This document shows positions 17,993 to 29,333 of a stretch of DNA of 64,000 bases, one piece after another. The DNA comes from a virus (Duplodnaviria > Caudoviricetes). The stretch lies in the IMG/VR virus record IMGVR_UViG_3300044675_007236; one strand, 5' to 3'. Every line of letters starts with the position of its first letter. Position 1 is the first letter of the stretch. The notes under the pieces were generated by a model. That model was not told the DNA's origin. It made no database searches and saw nothing but the letters and a program-made list of their open reading frames with translations. Both the position numbers and the translations under genes were made by a program.

Positions 17993-19321
17993 AATTTTTT
18001 CCGTTTGTCTGTTAATCGCGATCGTCCGAACTGTTGGCTGGTACTATTCGTGTAAAAAATTTGTCGTGGTTTAGGTTGATTGCCGCACCGGTTTCTGTCC
18101 TGTCTGCCTTTCGCTCTACCATCGGCCCCATTCGGCTTTCAATATTGCCGGTAGCTTTTTCCACTATTTCGACGTAAAACATGGGTATGTTCGCATCGTC
18201 CATGCTGTTTAAATCCATATCACCAAAACTACGTATTGCCATGTTATTAACCTCGATGGTTTGTTGAAAAAAACACTCAATCGGCGTTTAGTCGCTACGT
18301 TAAACGTTCGACGATAACGGTTTTAACGGTTTCTGACGTTGCCGGTATTAAGAGAAAACAGCTCGTAGTTTTGATTTTAATACCGCAGCGACTTGCAAAC
18401 GCTTGCGAAGTTGCACCTGCGTTTTTTGTAGTTTCCGGCTCTGCGAATACACAGCAATCACCTACAGCCATTATTTTAAGTTCTCTAGCTGAAACCTTTT
18501 TAATTTTTGTTGATTTAGCTATTTTTTGTCGCAGAACATTAGCTGCATTTGCCAACTCCCAATCGTCTTCTCGTGGTATTTCGTTGCGACTGTCGACAAT
18601 TTTAATCGCGTCTTCAATCGACATTTTCTTTTTTTGTTTCATTTTTTAGTTCTGACACCAGGCTTGAAAATACGAAACGTAAAGCTAACTTTAGCTTACT
18701 TCTGGTTTGATCTGAGCTAGTAATTCAAGCATCGCGGTTTCAACTTCTTCTTTGGTTGCTAACTGCAATTTTAGCTGAAGTGCGCGTTCGCGTTTTTGAT
18801 GCGTCGACAACCGACGTAGTTCGCGGCTAAAAAGGTCTACGGCAGTTTCCCATGTACGTTTGCCTTTTAAACATTTGTAAGTTTTAAAATCCCACCTTAT
18901 ATCTTGGCTATAAAGTTCAACAGATAGCTCTACTTCGATTTTGACTTTACTTCCGTCGTCGCGACGTATGATTTTTTCGTGTCTCATGTTATCTCCTAGT
19001 AACCACAGTCTTCTAGTTACATAAACAGGTTATTTACCGCCACAAAGCTATGTCGAAACTCCGGACCCATAACTTCTAATAGTTGTCGAAGCTTTTCTAA
19101 TGCCTTTTTAACCGTAACAGCGGTTTCTTTATCAATTTTGCCTTCAGTTTGTCGTATTTTTATGTATCGCTTAAGTGCTTGTCTTTCTAATTCCGCTATT
19201 TGGCTCATGTTTGCTCCTATTTTGCGTATTTTGAAGTAATGTTTAAGACCTTGGTTTTCGGTATACATTTCATTTGTCGCTGCCCGTCGGTTTAAAACAG
19301 GCAGAATAAAAGCTTACGAAA

Positions 19322-19624
19322 CTAACGTCTTCCGTTTCCAGAGACAGTAGCGTAGCCGTCTCCCCAGCCGCTGCCATCGCCGTAACCGTTGCCGTCGCCA
19401 GAGCCGTAGCCGTAGCCGTAGCCGTCGCCGTAGCCGTAGCCGTAGCCGTAGCCGTAGCCGTTGCCGTAGCCGTAGCCGTTGCCGTCGCCAGAGCCGTAGC
19501 CGTAGCCGTTGCCGTCGCCAGAGCCGTTGCCGTGGCCGTAGCCGTAGCCATAGCCAGAGCCGTCGCCCCAGCCGTCGCCGTAGCCGTTGCCTACTGGTTT
19601 AAAATTTTGTTCAACGTTTGGCAT
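19322..19624 (-). CDS. Gly-Tyr/Asp/Asn repeat cassette, type B (MPNVEQxFKPVG...ATVSGxGRR)
   Basis: GGC-NNN hexamer periodicity; AGGAG RBS within the upstream cassette end; conserved terminal boxes. Confidence 0.7.
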   Translation of the reverse strand: MPNVEQNFKPVGNGYGDGWGDGSGYGYGYGHGNGSGDGNGYGYGSGDGNGYGYGNGYGYGYGYGYGDGYGYGYGSGDGNGYGDGSGWGDGYATVSGNGRR

Positions 19625-19627
19625 TAT

Positions 19628-19951
19628 CTAACTCCTTCTTCCACTGCCAGAAACAGTAGCAAAGCCGTAGCCGTAGCCATCACCGTAGCCGCAGCCGTAG
19701 CAATAAGCGGCACCGTTGCCGTAGCCAGAGCCGTAGCCGTCGTCAGAGCCATATCCTTTGCCGTAGCCAGCGCCGTAGCCAGTGCCGTAGCCGCTGCCGC
19801 AACCCCAGCCGCTACCCCATCCGTCGTTGTAGCCCCAGCCGCTGCCCCAGCCGTTACCGTCGCCGTAGCCATCGCCGTCGCCGTCGCCGTCGCGGTTGCC
19901 TACTGGTTTAAACGTATTTGGCAGTACTATCAGTTCTTTTATTTGACTCAT
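19628..19951 (-). CDS. Gly-rich repeat cassette, type A (PNTFKPVG...AAYCYGCG...FATVSGSGRRS)
   Basis: Same periodicity and terminal boxes; 123 bp identical to 56888-57010. Confidence 0.7.
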   Translation of the reverse strand: MSQIKELIVLPNTFKPVGNRDGDGDGDGYGDGNGWGSGWGYNDGWGSGWGCGSGYGTGYGAGYGKGYGSDDGYGSGYGNGAAYCYGCGYGDGYGYGFATVSGSGRRS

Positions 19952-21834
19952 GTTTAATCCTAAAAGCGTAATTAGCTGTTTGCTTCAACTAGTTTTTCTA
20001 CAATTTCTGTGTATGTCTCTGAAGCGGTACCGGGGTTTTCTTCTTTTGTTTGAAGCGGATCGTCTACGACAATAAATTCCGTCCAGACGTCTGTAATTAA
20101 ACCTTCGCTGGTGAAATTAAAAACTAGAGCACCATTTTCGTTGTCTTCGCCAGGGCAACCGGAAAAAACAGGTAGAGGACTAACGAGGACTCTAATACCT
20201 TGCTTGGCTGTAGTCCAGGTTTTTCCGCCGTCAAGTGACATAGAAATTGACATGATTATTCCGGAATGAAGTGGTGTGTGTTAAGATGTGCAAGCACGTT
20301 GGCTGCGTGTTGTCTATTTTCGAAGTCGCTGATGTTTTCGCTTTCATAAATTAGCACGCAGCGTCCGGAATCATAAGTATCGCCTAAGACTACTGTTGCA
20401 CGTGAACGAAGAATATCCGATCCACCCTGGCCTTGTATAATTTCTAGCCGGTGTAAGTCGTCGCTCCAGTCTAAGATCTGATATTCAATTGCATCGACTT
20501 CAAACGAGTAAACAACTTTTTTAGTGTACATGCTTTCGCCTAAATAAAACTTGATCGAAACATTAGTTAAATCACGTGTTGTCTTCCCACGACCATTCGG
20601 GATACCCGTCGGCGTAAAAGTATTCCTGAACCGCCTTCATCTTTTCGTCTTCGGTCGCAGCGGCCCATGCCGCACGACTTTCAAAGCCAAGTTCTTCAGC
20701 AGATGTAATGACGTCATTTGAGCTTTTGCAATTTGCTCCGCTTTCTAACGACACTAAAATCTCGTCACCTTTTGGTTTTGGTTTGCCATCCCAACTCATA
20801 AGTATTTCCTTTTAGTTTAGTAGTTGTGTGCGACCCAGGACCCGTCGTAGTCGTCAATTGCTTCTTCAGGAGTCGATTTGCCCGTTACCACTCGCTTCGG
20901 TCGCTTCGCGCCGCGATTCAATGCGGCACATGACCTCGAGCAGGTTTTACCCCAGCCGCGATCGACGTCAGCCTTGCGGACTTCGATCTGCTTTCCACAT
21001 GTCCGACAAAATACTTTAACGAGTGTTGCCATGTTTACTTGTTTACTCCGGTTACTAAAGCGAACAACGCTGCTCCGAGTAGCATAAAAAGCAAACCGAC
21101 AACGCCCATCGCCACAAAAGATATTAGCGATTCAGCAAATCCCGTAGGCCTACTTTCAGCGTATTGTGCTTCTAGCATTTCGACGCGTTCTTCTAGCGAC
21201 GGCTTAGTCGGTTCTGTGGGTTGATATGGGTTCATCTGTTGTGCCTTTGCCGCTTCTAAAATGTCTTTGACAATGTTCATGGAGTGGCCTCTTTAGGTTG
21301 CTCGACGCACACGAAAGAGACTCGAAAGTAAAACTCCTGGCCGTCACGATCAAAAAAGCGATTTTCATCGCCACGTGCTTTTCGAAGATTTTTGAATTCA
21401 CCAAGCTTGGTTGTGACCGTGTATTCGGTGACTGTACTTTGTGAAGGTTTCGAAAAGAAAGAATTAGTTACTGCGGCTAATATGAACGCTATTGCCAGTA
21501 CGACAATAACAATCCATCCGCCTTTGTCTTCGTTGCTTTCCATTGTTTTATTCCTTAGATTACTCAAAAGTTGGAGGCCAGTGAAATCCGTTTTCTATTT
21601 CAGGGTCCTCAGGTTGTTGTTCGTTCGGCTTGTCAGGTTTTGAGGTTTTAGACTGTATTTTTTTCATGACGTCTGCAAACGACATTGACTTTCCTACCTT
21701 CCAAAAGATATCTCTTGGGCACTTCTTGCAGCGGTATCTGCCTTGCTGTCCGTTTAGATGCGTGTCGTATAGCTCGATGTCTCCGCCGCAATCGGGACAC
21801 CCCCTGTTTAACATTGTCTGTTCGTGATTTGTCA

Positions 21835-22080
21835 TTAGATTTGCTTCTCCCTGTGAGGAGGTTTGGGCACAAAAGCCGAGCGGATCGAGCGATCTTCGGG
21901 AGTTCGAACGGGGATATTTTGCAGGTTGGGTTCAACGCTGCTGAGTCGTCCGGTCGGCTCGCAGGACATCGGGGCCACCGCTGGCTGATCGTCGACCATC
22001 TCAGCCCATTGCTGCGGATACAATCGCTTATGCTCAGGTGGCAGCGAAATAAACAATCTCAACACCTCGAATTGGTTCAC
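21835..22080 (-). CDS. Small protein carrying an isolated DNA polymerase I motif fragment
   Basis: TGRLSSVEPNLQNIPVRTPEDRSIRSAFVP closely matches the bacterial Pol I TGRLSS.PNLQNIP.RT..GR.IR.AF segment. Confidence 0.7.
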   Translation of the reverse strand: MNQFEVLRLFISLPPEHKRLYPQQWAEMVDDQPAVAPMSCEPTGRLSSVEPNLQNIPVRTPEDRSIRSAFVPKPPHREKQI

Positions 22081-23292
22081 GATGCCGCCTCCAGTTCGCT
22101 AATCTTGTCGTTAATCACCATACGGATCGCCTTGACTTCGCTAATGGCTTCTTCGATGCGATCTTGGATTTCCTCGAATTCGACCACCGGGAGCTCCTGG
22201 AAGTCGCGGAACATGTTGAAATTATGCTCCAAGTTCTCGATCGCCCGAAACAGGCTCGCGTGTCGGTGTTTCAAAAACTTAGCTTTACCGTTCATATTTT
22301 AATCTCCCTGGTAAGGTAGGTCCGGATTTAATTTGCCATCGCTCTATTCTTCGGCTTGCTGGCCGAGGGCTACCTGATTTATAACCGCACATTCCTCGAT
22401 CCCTGCGGCTACACCTCGGTTGTAAGTCCTGTGCGATTCGTTCGTAGCCGTAGCTGTGAAGTTTAGGTAACGCTCGCGAATCTTTTCAAATTTTTCAATA
22501 GTTTCAGCAAAACGCTTGCGAGTCTTTTCAAGCTTTTCAAGAACTTCAGCAAGCCGCTTTACGGTCAACTCGTTGTCCGACTCTGTTTGCGACGATTTCA
22601 TTTGTAGTTTGATCCTAGCTTTATTCCAACTGGTTAATGCTACATTAGGGTCTAAAACATTAGAACCTATTTCAATTACGGTGAAACGGCTTTCTGCGTT
22701 AGAGTTGGCAATATGCACAAGCTTTCGCTTACACCACTTTTTACCGTCGTCGCTGACTTCTACTACTGACTCAATATCCTGGTCTGTCGGCTCTCTGTAC
22801 TGGTTGTTCATACTCACTCGCTTTCTTTTTAAACGTGCTCGACCGGCTCGGAAGGTTCTGCGGGTGCCCAAACCTCTAGACCGCCAACAAAATAAACTCC
22901 GTCCGAAGTTCTTTGAGTGCACGTGTACTCAAAACGCTCGATCAGTTCTTCGGTCAGTTGAATATCTTGATTTTCTTCGGCTATATGCCTCAATACTTGC
23001 TTAGATTCACTCATAGAGCTAGCCACCCAAGTTCTTCCAAGTAAACCATCTTCACCGATAAACCCAATTACATAACGCATCTGTTGTTTTTACTCCTCGT
23101 AAACATCTATACCAATTACAACACCACCTTCACCGTCAAGTACAATTGCTGCGTAGGCACTATCAGGATATTCGGTACGAATTATACGCTGGCAATAAGC
23201 CTCAAAAGAAAACCAGATTGCTTCAGCCTGTTGTTCTGTCGCTGAAAGCTGTTGTACAATCACCGACTTTAAAAATGCTTCCGGTGTACTCA

Positions 23293-24726
23293 CTAAACAA
23301 GTGCTACCTTTCTAATTTGATCGGTGAAGCATTTGTTAAAACGCTTCCTGTTTTTCATAACCAATGCCATAAGATCTGTAAGGTCTCCTGCAAAATCTTC
23401 ATCATGATAGCTGCGGCCATATTGCCCGTGAACAAACTCATGGGCGGCGATGGCAATCAGCTTGTCTTTGTCTTTTGACGAAAACCGGCGTTTGAACCCT
23501 GGCAATGTTGGATTGATGTAGTAGATAGGTTCGCCGTTGTGTGACTCGTAGCCCGCGACGTACGAACCTTCTGGGTCTTCATCAAAAACAAAACCAACTG
23601 AGAAAGAAGCCGATTTTTTAGTTATGTTGTGCAACTCGACTAAAATACTTGCCCAGGTATGCACGAGTTTTCGGGCAAAGCTTCGCATGCTGGTTCCTGG
23701 CGTTAGCCATTTTGGAATCTTGCGGTCGGTCCTATTGTAAACGACGAAACGCATTTTATAGCTAACGGCTCGGGTTGTGCTGTAACTACTTGCAGCACTA
23801 GCCTCGTATTTTGTAGTTTCAAACAGCGAGGGAATTTCACTTGGTTTGTTTTCGACGTGTAACGGTTTTTCTGGTATCTCGTTGAAAGCACAAGACATTC
23901 TAACGTTTCCAAAAAACTCACGTTCTTGTCGTTTGCTTGACAAAGCACTTCGGCGGTCGACCGCGATCTCAGTAAGAAAATCGTCGAGCTCGTAGGAGTA
24001 CTTTGAAAGCAGTGAGTCGCGATTGCTAGTTAGCCTGTCAGCACTCGATCCGTTTAGCTCCAGTACAACACAGCGATTAAGCCGGATATGCTTGGTAAAC
24101 ATAGGAATGCCGCCGATGCGTACAACAAGCATGTTTTCTTCGGTCTTGTTGGTGTAGACTTTGCCGAAAGAAAAGTCGCGACGATGACTTCCTTTTCGCA
24201 AGTTAGCCCGGCCAGCAACGCCGTCGATATGAAAAGTACCGTGCCATTGTGCAAGGTTTACAAATCTAGAAGCCTTGCCGTTTAGCGATTCTGCGTAATT
24301 GCCTTCAATGCTAACAACAGAAATAGTGCCTTTGCGGTTATCCGCAGGGTAAACCGTATAATCACCGCCCTGCCCGTTAACAACTAGTTGCCCTGTATGA
24401 ATGCTGTAGTTTTGCTGTGCAAAGTACAGAAGCGTTTTAGCTTTACCAAAGCCGCCGACAGTGCCGTCAAAACCTTTTCCAGTACCACCGAGAGCGAAGA
24501 GTTTATTCTCGACGGTTTCTTGGTCCATCGGTTTGCCGTTGTTTGACCAAGTTACCACCGTTGTGTTACCAATGTCTTTTGCTTGGAAGTGTATTTCTTG
24601 AGAACCGGGTGCGTCGATGCAATTCTGCAAGGCTTCACGGACGAATGCCCACTGCCAGTTAGCATACTCGCGTAGCTCCTTTTGAAAGAACTCAGGCCCA
24701 ATCTTAACTGATTTCATTTCGCTCAT
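23293..24726 (-). CDS. GHKL (Hsp90/MORC-like) ATPase with C-terminal HExxH motif
   Basis: FVREALQNCIDA (N box), SNNGKPM (G1-like, D replaced by N), GGFGKAK (G2); AAHEFVH near the C-terminus. Confidence 0.75.
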   Translation of the reverse strand: MSEMKSVKIGPEFFQKELREYANWQWAFVREALQNCIDAPGSQEIHFQAKDIGNTTVVTWSNNGKPMDQETVENKLFALGGTGKGFDGTVGGFGKAKTLLYFAQQNYSIHTGQLVVNGQGGDYTVYPADNRKGTISVVSIEGNYAESLNGKASRFVNLAQWHGTFHIDGVAGRANLRKGSHRRDFSFGKVYTNKTEENMLVVRIGGIPMFTKHIRLNRCVVLELNGSSADRLTSNRDSLLSKYSYELDDFLTEIAVDRRSALSSKRQEREFFGNVRMSCAFNEIPEKPLHVENKPSEIPSLFETTKYEASAASSYSTTRAVSYKMRFVVYNRTDRKIPKWLTPGTSMRSFARKLVHTWASILVELHNITKKSASFSVGFVFDEDPEGSYVAGYESHNGEPIYYINPTLPGFKRRFSSKDKDKLIAIAAHEFVHGQYGRSYHDEDFAGDLTDLMALVMKNRKRFNKCFTDQIRKVALV

Positions 24727-25878
24727 TATTTTTCCTTGTTAGCTGTTAGCTACCCCAGTCTTCTTGTGACTTTAGTTGTTCGTCGTAACAACGCTGGCAG
24801 GCACACCGACTGCACCAGCCTTCGTTGTCTTCTTCCTCCGAAGCCCCGATTAAACTTTTCATTTCATCGGCTGCTAATTGAGCTCCTTTAGCCATAGCCA
24901 AACGGTATTGGTCGGTCAGCCAGTCCGCAAAAGCTAGACTTGTGACATCGGTAGGTACGCGTTCCAGGTCACAATAATTGGTAATTGGTACAGTTTGGTT
25001 TATAGCTCTTTGTATCGCTTCGGGTTTGTACCACTGACAAGCAAACGCCCACGGGTTACTGACGATTGATAGGTTTTTGTTTTTTCCGGAATCACTCATG
25101 TTTTTCTTTCGGTAAAAACCATACAGGTACAACCCCTGTAACGATTCTATCATCAACTCGAGCAGCTACACGCAAACAAAAAAGACCGAGTTCGGTTGGA
25201 ATCGGGCTAAGCATTGCTCGAGCGTCGAAGCTGACACCTTGAGCCTTAGCCGTGTCATTTATTCCTTGTACAATATCGAATTCTCTTGGAAAATTGCCGG
25301 TTATTTTAGAATCGTCGTCTGCGTAGACTTCGAAGTTAATGCAGATACTTTTTAGCGATGTAAATTTTGCGTCTGCACTCGGCGGAAAATCTCTGTCAAA
25401 CTTTTCGAGCTTTGCTTTTAACGTCGCAAGTTCTTCTTCTAGATCAATCAGGTCGATAATTGCTGTTGTAAGCATTATCTCGGTGGATTGTTGTTCTTCA
25501 ACACCGATACTGTTAATTGCGTAGAAATCAAATTTAGTCTGTATTTTGTCTTTGATACGCACTGACTAGTCTCCGTATAGGTTTTCGGCTGATAACGCTT
25601 CTAACACGTCGTCGACCACTTTTTCGTTATCAACCATTTTTAGATGACACCTAAGCAGCACACGCTTGGCGTGTCTGTCTATAGTTTTTTCGCGTTCATT
25701 TCGTTCTAACCAATCGCAAAAGGACTCAGAAGAATACGCAGAATCGTGACACGGTATATCGAGAGCTTCCGTAACAGCCCGAATTATTTCACGTATCTGA
25801 CGATTCTCTGCGTCTGTTTTTTTGATGATATCGTCTTTGATATGAATGCGATATTTACGCAGCAATCTTCGCTGATTG

Positions 25879-26406
25879 TCAGTTAACACGTCTAATCCTT
25901 TGCATTAATATGTATTGTGCTAAACGGTATTTATCTTTCAAAGATCCTTCGTTTAGATCGCTCATGTTATGTTGAAGATCAGCAAGTTTGACTGCTATTG
26001 CTCCAACGCTAATCGAACCACTGTTCATAATTCTAACTACGAAATCTAAATAGTTCTCATCTTTTTTTCGTGACACAACCTCGACAATTTCAGCCGTCAA
26101 AGGTGTAAAACCTTCGGCTTTTATATCTTCCTTAGTTACGCCGCAGTCCTCAATTACGTCATGCAAGTACGCCGCATCGACTATGTTTTCGTAAAGCGGC
26201 CCCCAGACTGTCAACGCGTGAAACGGCATCAAATTTAACCAGTCATTCCTAACGATACCAGCCACAGCTTCTACGTGCGTAAAGTAAGGCTTGCCGTCTT
26301 TTCGCTTCTGATCTTTGTGTTTAGCCGCGGCATAGGCACGAGCTTTGTTTATTAGGTTTTCAGTCGTCATTTTTGGTTTCCTTCTGTATGCGGATAACGC
26401 GATCAA
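25879..26406 (-). CDS. HD-domain hydrolase, RelA/SpoT (Mesh1-like) family
   Basis: AKHKDQKRKDGKPYFTHVEAVA, AAYLHDVIED, VKLADLQHN. Confidence 0.9.
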   Translation of the reverse strand: MIALSAYRRKPKMTTENLINKARAYAAAKHKDQKRKDGKPYFTHVEAVAGIVRNDWLNLMPFHALTVWGPLYENIVDAAYLHDVIEDCGVTKEDIKAEGFTPLTAEIVEVVSRKKDENYLDFVVRIMNSGSISVGAIAVKLADLQHNMSDLNEGSLKDKYRLAQYILMQRIRRVN

Positions 26407-26489
26407 TTCTTCGGTTCTTGTCTACACAGGCTTCAATTTGCATAAGCAAAAACGCGAAGATAAACAAAAACACAATTACACCTGCTCCT

Positions 26490-27233
26490 TTAGTCACGTC
26501 TCATTGTCCCCCACTGAGTACAGACTTTACCGGCCTTTTCGATGTCATCTTTGATTTTCAAATACTTTTTGTCAAAAGCGGCGTAGTCAAAGGCACGCCA
26601 AATGTCCCACACCGCAACATTGAAAGATTGTTGCCAGTCAAAATCGTAGGCACTTGTATGAACAAGCGTTATTGGCTTGTCGTATATCGCTTTTAGTCTT
26701 GAACCGAAGAAGTCTAAAACATCTTTGTTGTCGTCAACGATTACAACTTCAGTTACTTTTTTTCGTTGAAGTACTTGAGCCGCGAACCAACCCATACCCA
26801 TACCGGCGATGATGGTTTTACCGCTTGTGCGTCTGATCTGCGAACGTTGAGTCACCATTTCGCTTGGAGTAAGGCTCATCCAAGCACGCCCATCTGTGTC
26901 TTGCAGTATTGGAAGCAACACGTCGCCTGAAAACCCGACTTTCTTATCGCTGCCACCTACGATATCGAGCCAATTTCGATGCAGTTTTGGATTGCTAAAC
27001 AAAAAAGTCGAACGCATAGAGAACTTGGGAAATACTGCGTTGAAAAGTCTAAACTCGCCCAGCTTAATTGCGTTTTTAGGTGGGTTATTCACTTCGCCCC
27101 TGGGTAGTTCTTTCGACCAAGGTAATTGTTCTTCGACTAGTTTGTTGTAAGCCTCTGCGTCGAACACCGTGTACCGTTGCAACGGTTTGAAATCAAGCGT
27201 AAACTTGATTGTTTCTTCTACTGTTGTTGTCAT
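26490..27233 (-). CDS. Class I SAM-dependent methyltransferase / spermidine-synthase-like protein
   Basis: WMSLTPSE, IIAGMGMGW glycine-rich SAM loop, VVIVD acidic end of beta2, VWDIW. Confidence 0.7.
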   Translation of the reverse strand: MTTTVEETIKFTLDFKPLQRYTVFDAEAYNKLVEEQLPWSKELPRGEVNNPPKNAIKLGEFRLFNAVFPKFSMRSTFLFSNPKLHRNWLDIVGGSDKKVGFSGDVLLPILQDTDGRAWMSLTPSEMVTQRSQIRRTSGKTIIAGMGMGWFAAQVLQRKKVTEVVIVDDNKDVLDFFGSRLKAIYDKPITLVHTSAYDFDWQQSFNVAVWDIWRAFDYAAFDKKYLKIKDDIEKAGKVCTQWGTMRRD

Positions 27234-27245
27234 CGTTTACTCCAT

Positions 27246-27269
27246 AAAAAAACCCGCCTTTCAGCGGGT
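27246..27269 (-). terminator. Rho-independent terminator
   Basis: Minus strand ACCCGC-TGAAAG-GCGGGT followed by a T run. Confidence 0.7.
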
Positions 27270-28245
27270 GTGGTGTTAACGTAAGTTTACTTCGGTTCAA
27301 AGCGTAACTCGTAAAATATTTACTGCGAACACGGTGGGCTGACATATTCTTCGTAATTAACGATGTCAGCTATCTGTTTTAGCTTGTCGTAGTCACAACA
27401 ATGCCTTACGCACTCTGCTATCGAGTACCTATCTGCAACAAGTGCCCGCCGATTAATCTCTTCCTCAGAAAAGACATGGGCGTGACCTTCTTTTTTAGGT
27501 ACTTTTCCGCCACAACTTGTAACCCAGCTTCTTGTTGTTTCTCCGACGATTTCAATTTTAACCCAGTGTTCTCGCCAAATTGGGCCACCGAATGTTTCGC
27601 CTTTGTCGTTTCGGCGATATACACGACGGTTAGGTTCAAATAACCAGCAGTCCGGATACCCAGCGGGTTCGGTTTTTGTTGCCTTCATGTTGTTCTTAGT
27701 TCCGTGCAAAGCCACCAGGTGGTGTACCGTCAAAAGAAATGCGAACGTTTGTTACTTCGTTGCGACCTGGAAAGCGGTCCATGGGGTCGCCATCGACTTC
27801 TTGAATTACGTATTCAATTTTGACGTTCAAACCTGAAAACAGCTTTTCGCTGATAATTTTGTTGATCTGTTCAACAGGGTAGTCTACGGTCGTTGTCGTT
27901 TTACTTGTTGCCATGTTAACTTTCTTTGCTTCTAAAATTTTCAAGATTCGCATACGATAGTTGTCAAACACGAATTCTTTGTATTCTTCGCAATAATCCT
28001 CTTCTTCGTACGAGGCGAAATCAAACTCTTTGACAGCTAATTCAACGATTGTACCGGCTGGACGAATTAATTTGCCTTTCTTCAAATCTTTTTCTGCTCT
28101 TACAACGTACAACGTAACGGTTTTAGGTTTACCCCAGTCAGGAGCACAGCCGGTTTCGTTATCTCGAGTAGAAAACTGTGCAACAACTTTTACGCCGTCG
28201 TACAAATCTTTGAGAGACATTTCGTTCGCCGGTTCTGTTAGGTTA

Positions 28246-28785
28246 TTAGACATACCACTCAGACCTTTCTCTGTAGATACCGCTAATCTTTGGTTCTTTT
28301 TGCCCGACGTACTTGCCGTCATATAACCGGTAATTAACACCGTCTGTTTTAGGTTCAAAGAAGTAGATTTGACAAATACGCATGTTGGCGTAAATGCGAA
28401 CAGGTTGGATACACGATACTTCTAGCGTCCAAGTTCCTTTGAAACCGATGTCACCAAAGCCTGCCGTTGCGTGAACGTTAATTCCAAGCCTGCCGATAGA
28501 CGACCGGCCTTCAATGCACGGCACGTATTTAGAAGTGTACGTTACCTCTCTGGTTGCCATTAGATAGAGCTGGCCGGGGTTAAGCCGCAACCCTTCTTTT
28601 GGTATCTTGCTCTCTATAAACACAGGCCTTGAGGCTGCATCGATTTCTTCGTAAAGACTGATAGAGTAAACTTCACTTAGCCGAAGATCGTATGAGTTTG
28701 GGCCGAGTTGGCTTTTGTCGTACGGGGTTATCTCGATATGGCCTAGTTCTACCGCTCGGTCTATCGCTCCGCCTGTTAAAATCAT
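28246..28785 (-). CDS. dcd: dCTP deaminase
   Basis: PNSYDLRL, EGRSSIGRLG, AGFGDIGFKGTWTLE, MRICQI, YDGKYVGQ. Confidence 0.95.
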   Translation of the reverse strand: MILTGGAIDRAVELGHIEITPYDKSQLGPNSYDLRLSEVYSISLYEEIDAASRPVFIESKIPKEGLRLNPGQLYLMATREVTYTSKYVPCIEGRSSIGRLGINVHATAGFGDIGFKGTWTLEVSCIQPVRIYANMRICQIYFFEPKTDGVNYRLYDGKYVGQKEPKISGIYRERSEWYV

Positions 28786-29333
28786 TTGTCACCCAACTTA
28801 GATAAAATAGCGTATAAAAAAACAATGAAAACAATAAAAGCAGCAAGTTCAGGGCTTATTTGACTTAGGTTTGTTTGTGCGATCATTTGGTTCCTCCCAG
28901 TTGATAGCCAGTATTCCTTCGGAAACAGCTTTGGCTAGTTTGGTTATATCAGGATAGTGAATTGGTCTACCGCCGGTGCGTAAAATAAAACCGTTTTCAA
29001 TTTTGTTGATACGAACTGTGGTAGTTGTATCGTTACCTTCAGATGTAACTGAAAATTTAGGTAGCATAGTGATTCTTTATTTGAGACAAGAACAGCACCA
29101 CCAGTAGTTGGTTGTTTCGCTAGCCTGGCACCAGTACTTTTCGCTAGGCTTTAGTTTTTTGCGACAAATACCGCAGACTACATCTCTAGATCTGGCGGGA
29201 AGTGTTCTTAAAACAGGACCGCATTCCTCTGCTGGTTTTTCTTGCTTAGACTGTTTTGGAATTTCTTGTTTGGTGGGTTTTAAGTCTTCTTTTTTAGTTG
29301 TACCCTCAAGCTCAGCCAAAAGATCTTCAATGT

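Noticed and set aside
19322-19951. Diversity-generating retroelement (AAC to TAC/GAC/CAC pattern plus downstream hairpin)
   Set aside because: No reverse transcriptase in the window. Copies share identical blocks rather than differing only at adenines, and TCT/TGG codons cannot arise from AAC by A-mutagenesis.
19270-19957. Ala-Thr (MATATAT...) and antisense Ala-Val ORFs over the Gly cassettes, also at 51.9-52.4 and 56.5-57.1 kb
   Set aside because: Shadow frames of the GGC-NAC hexamer repeat. RBS, start and conserved terminal motifs fit the Gly frame.
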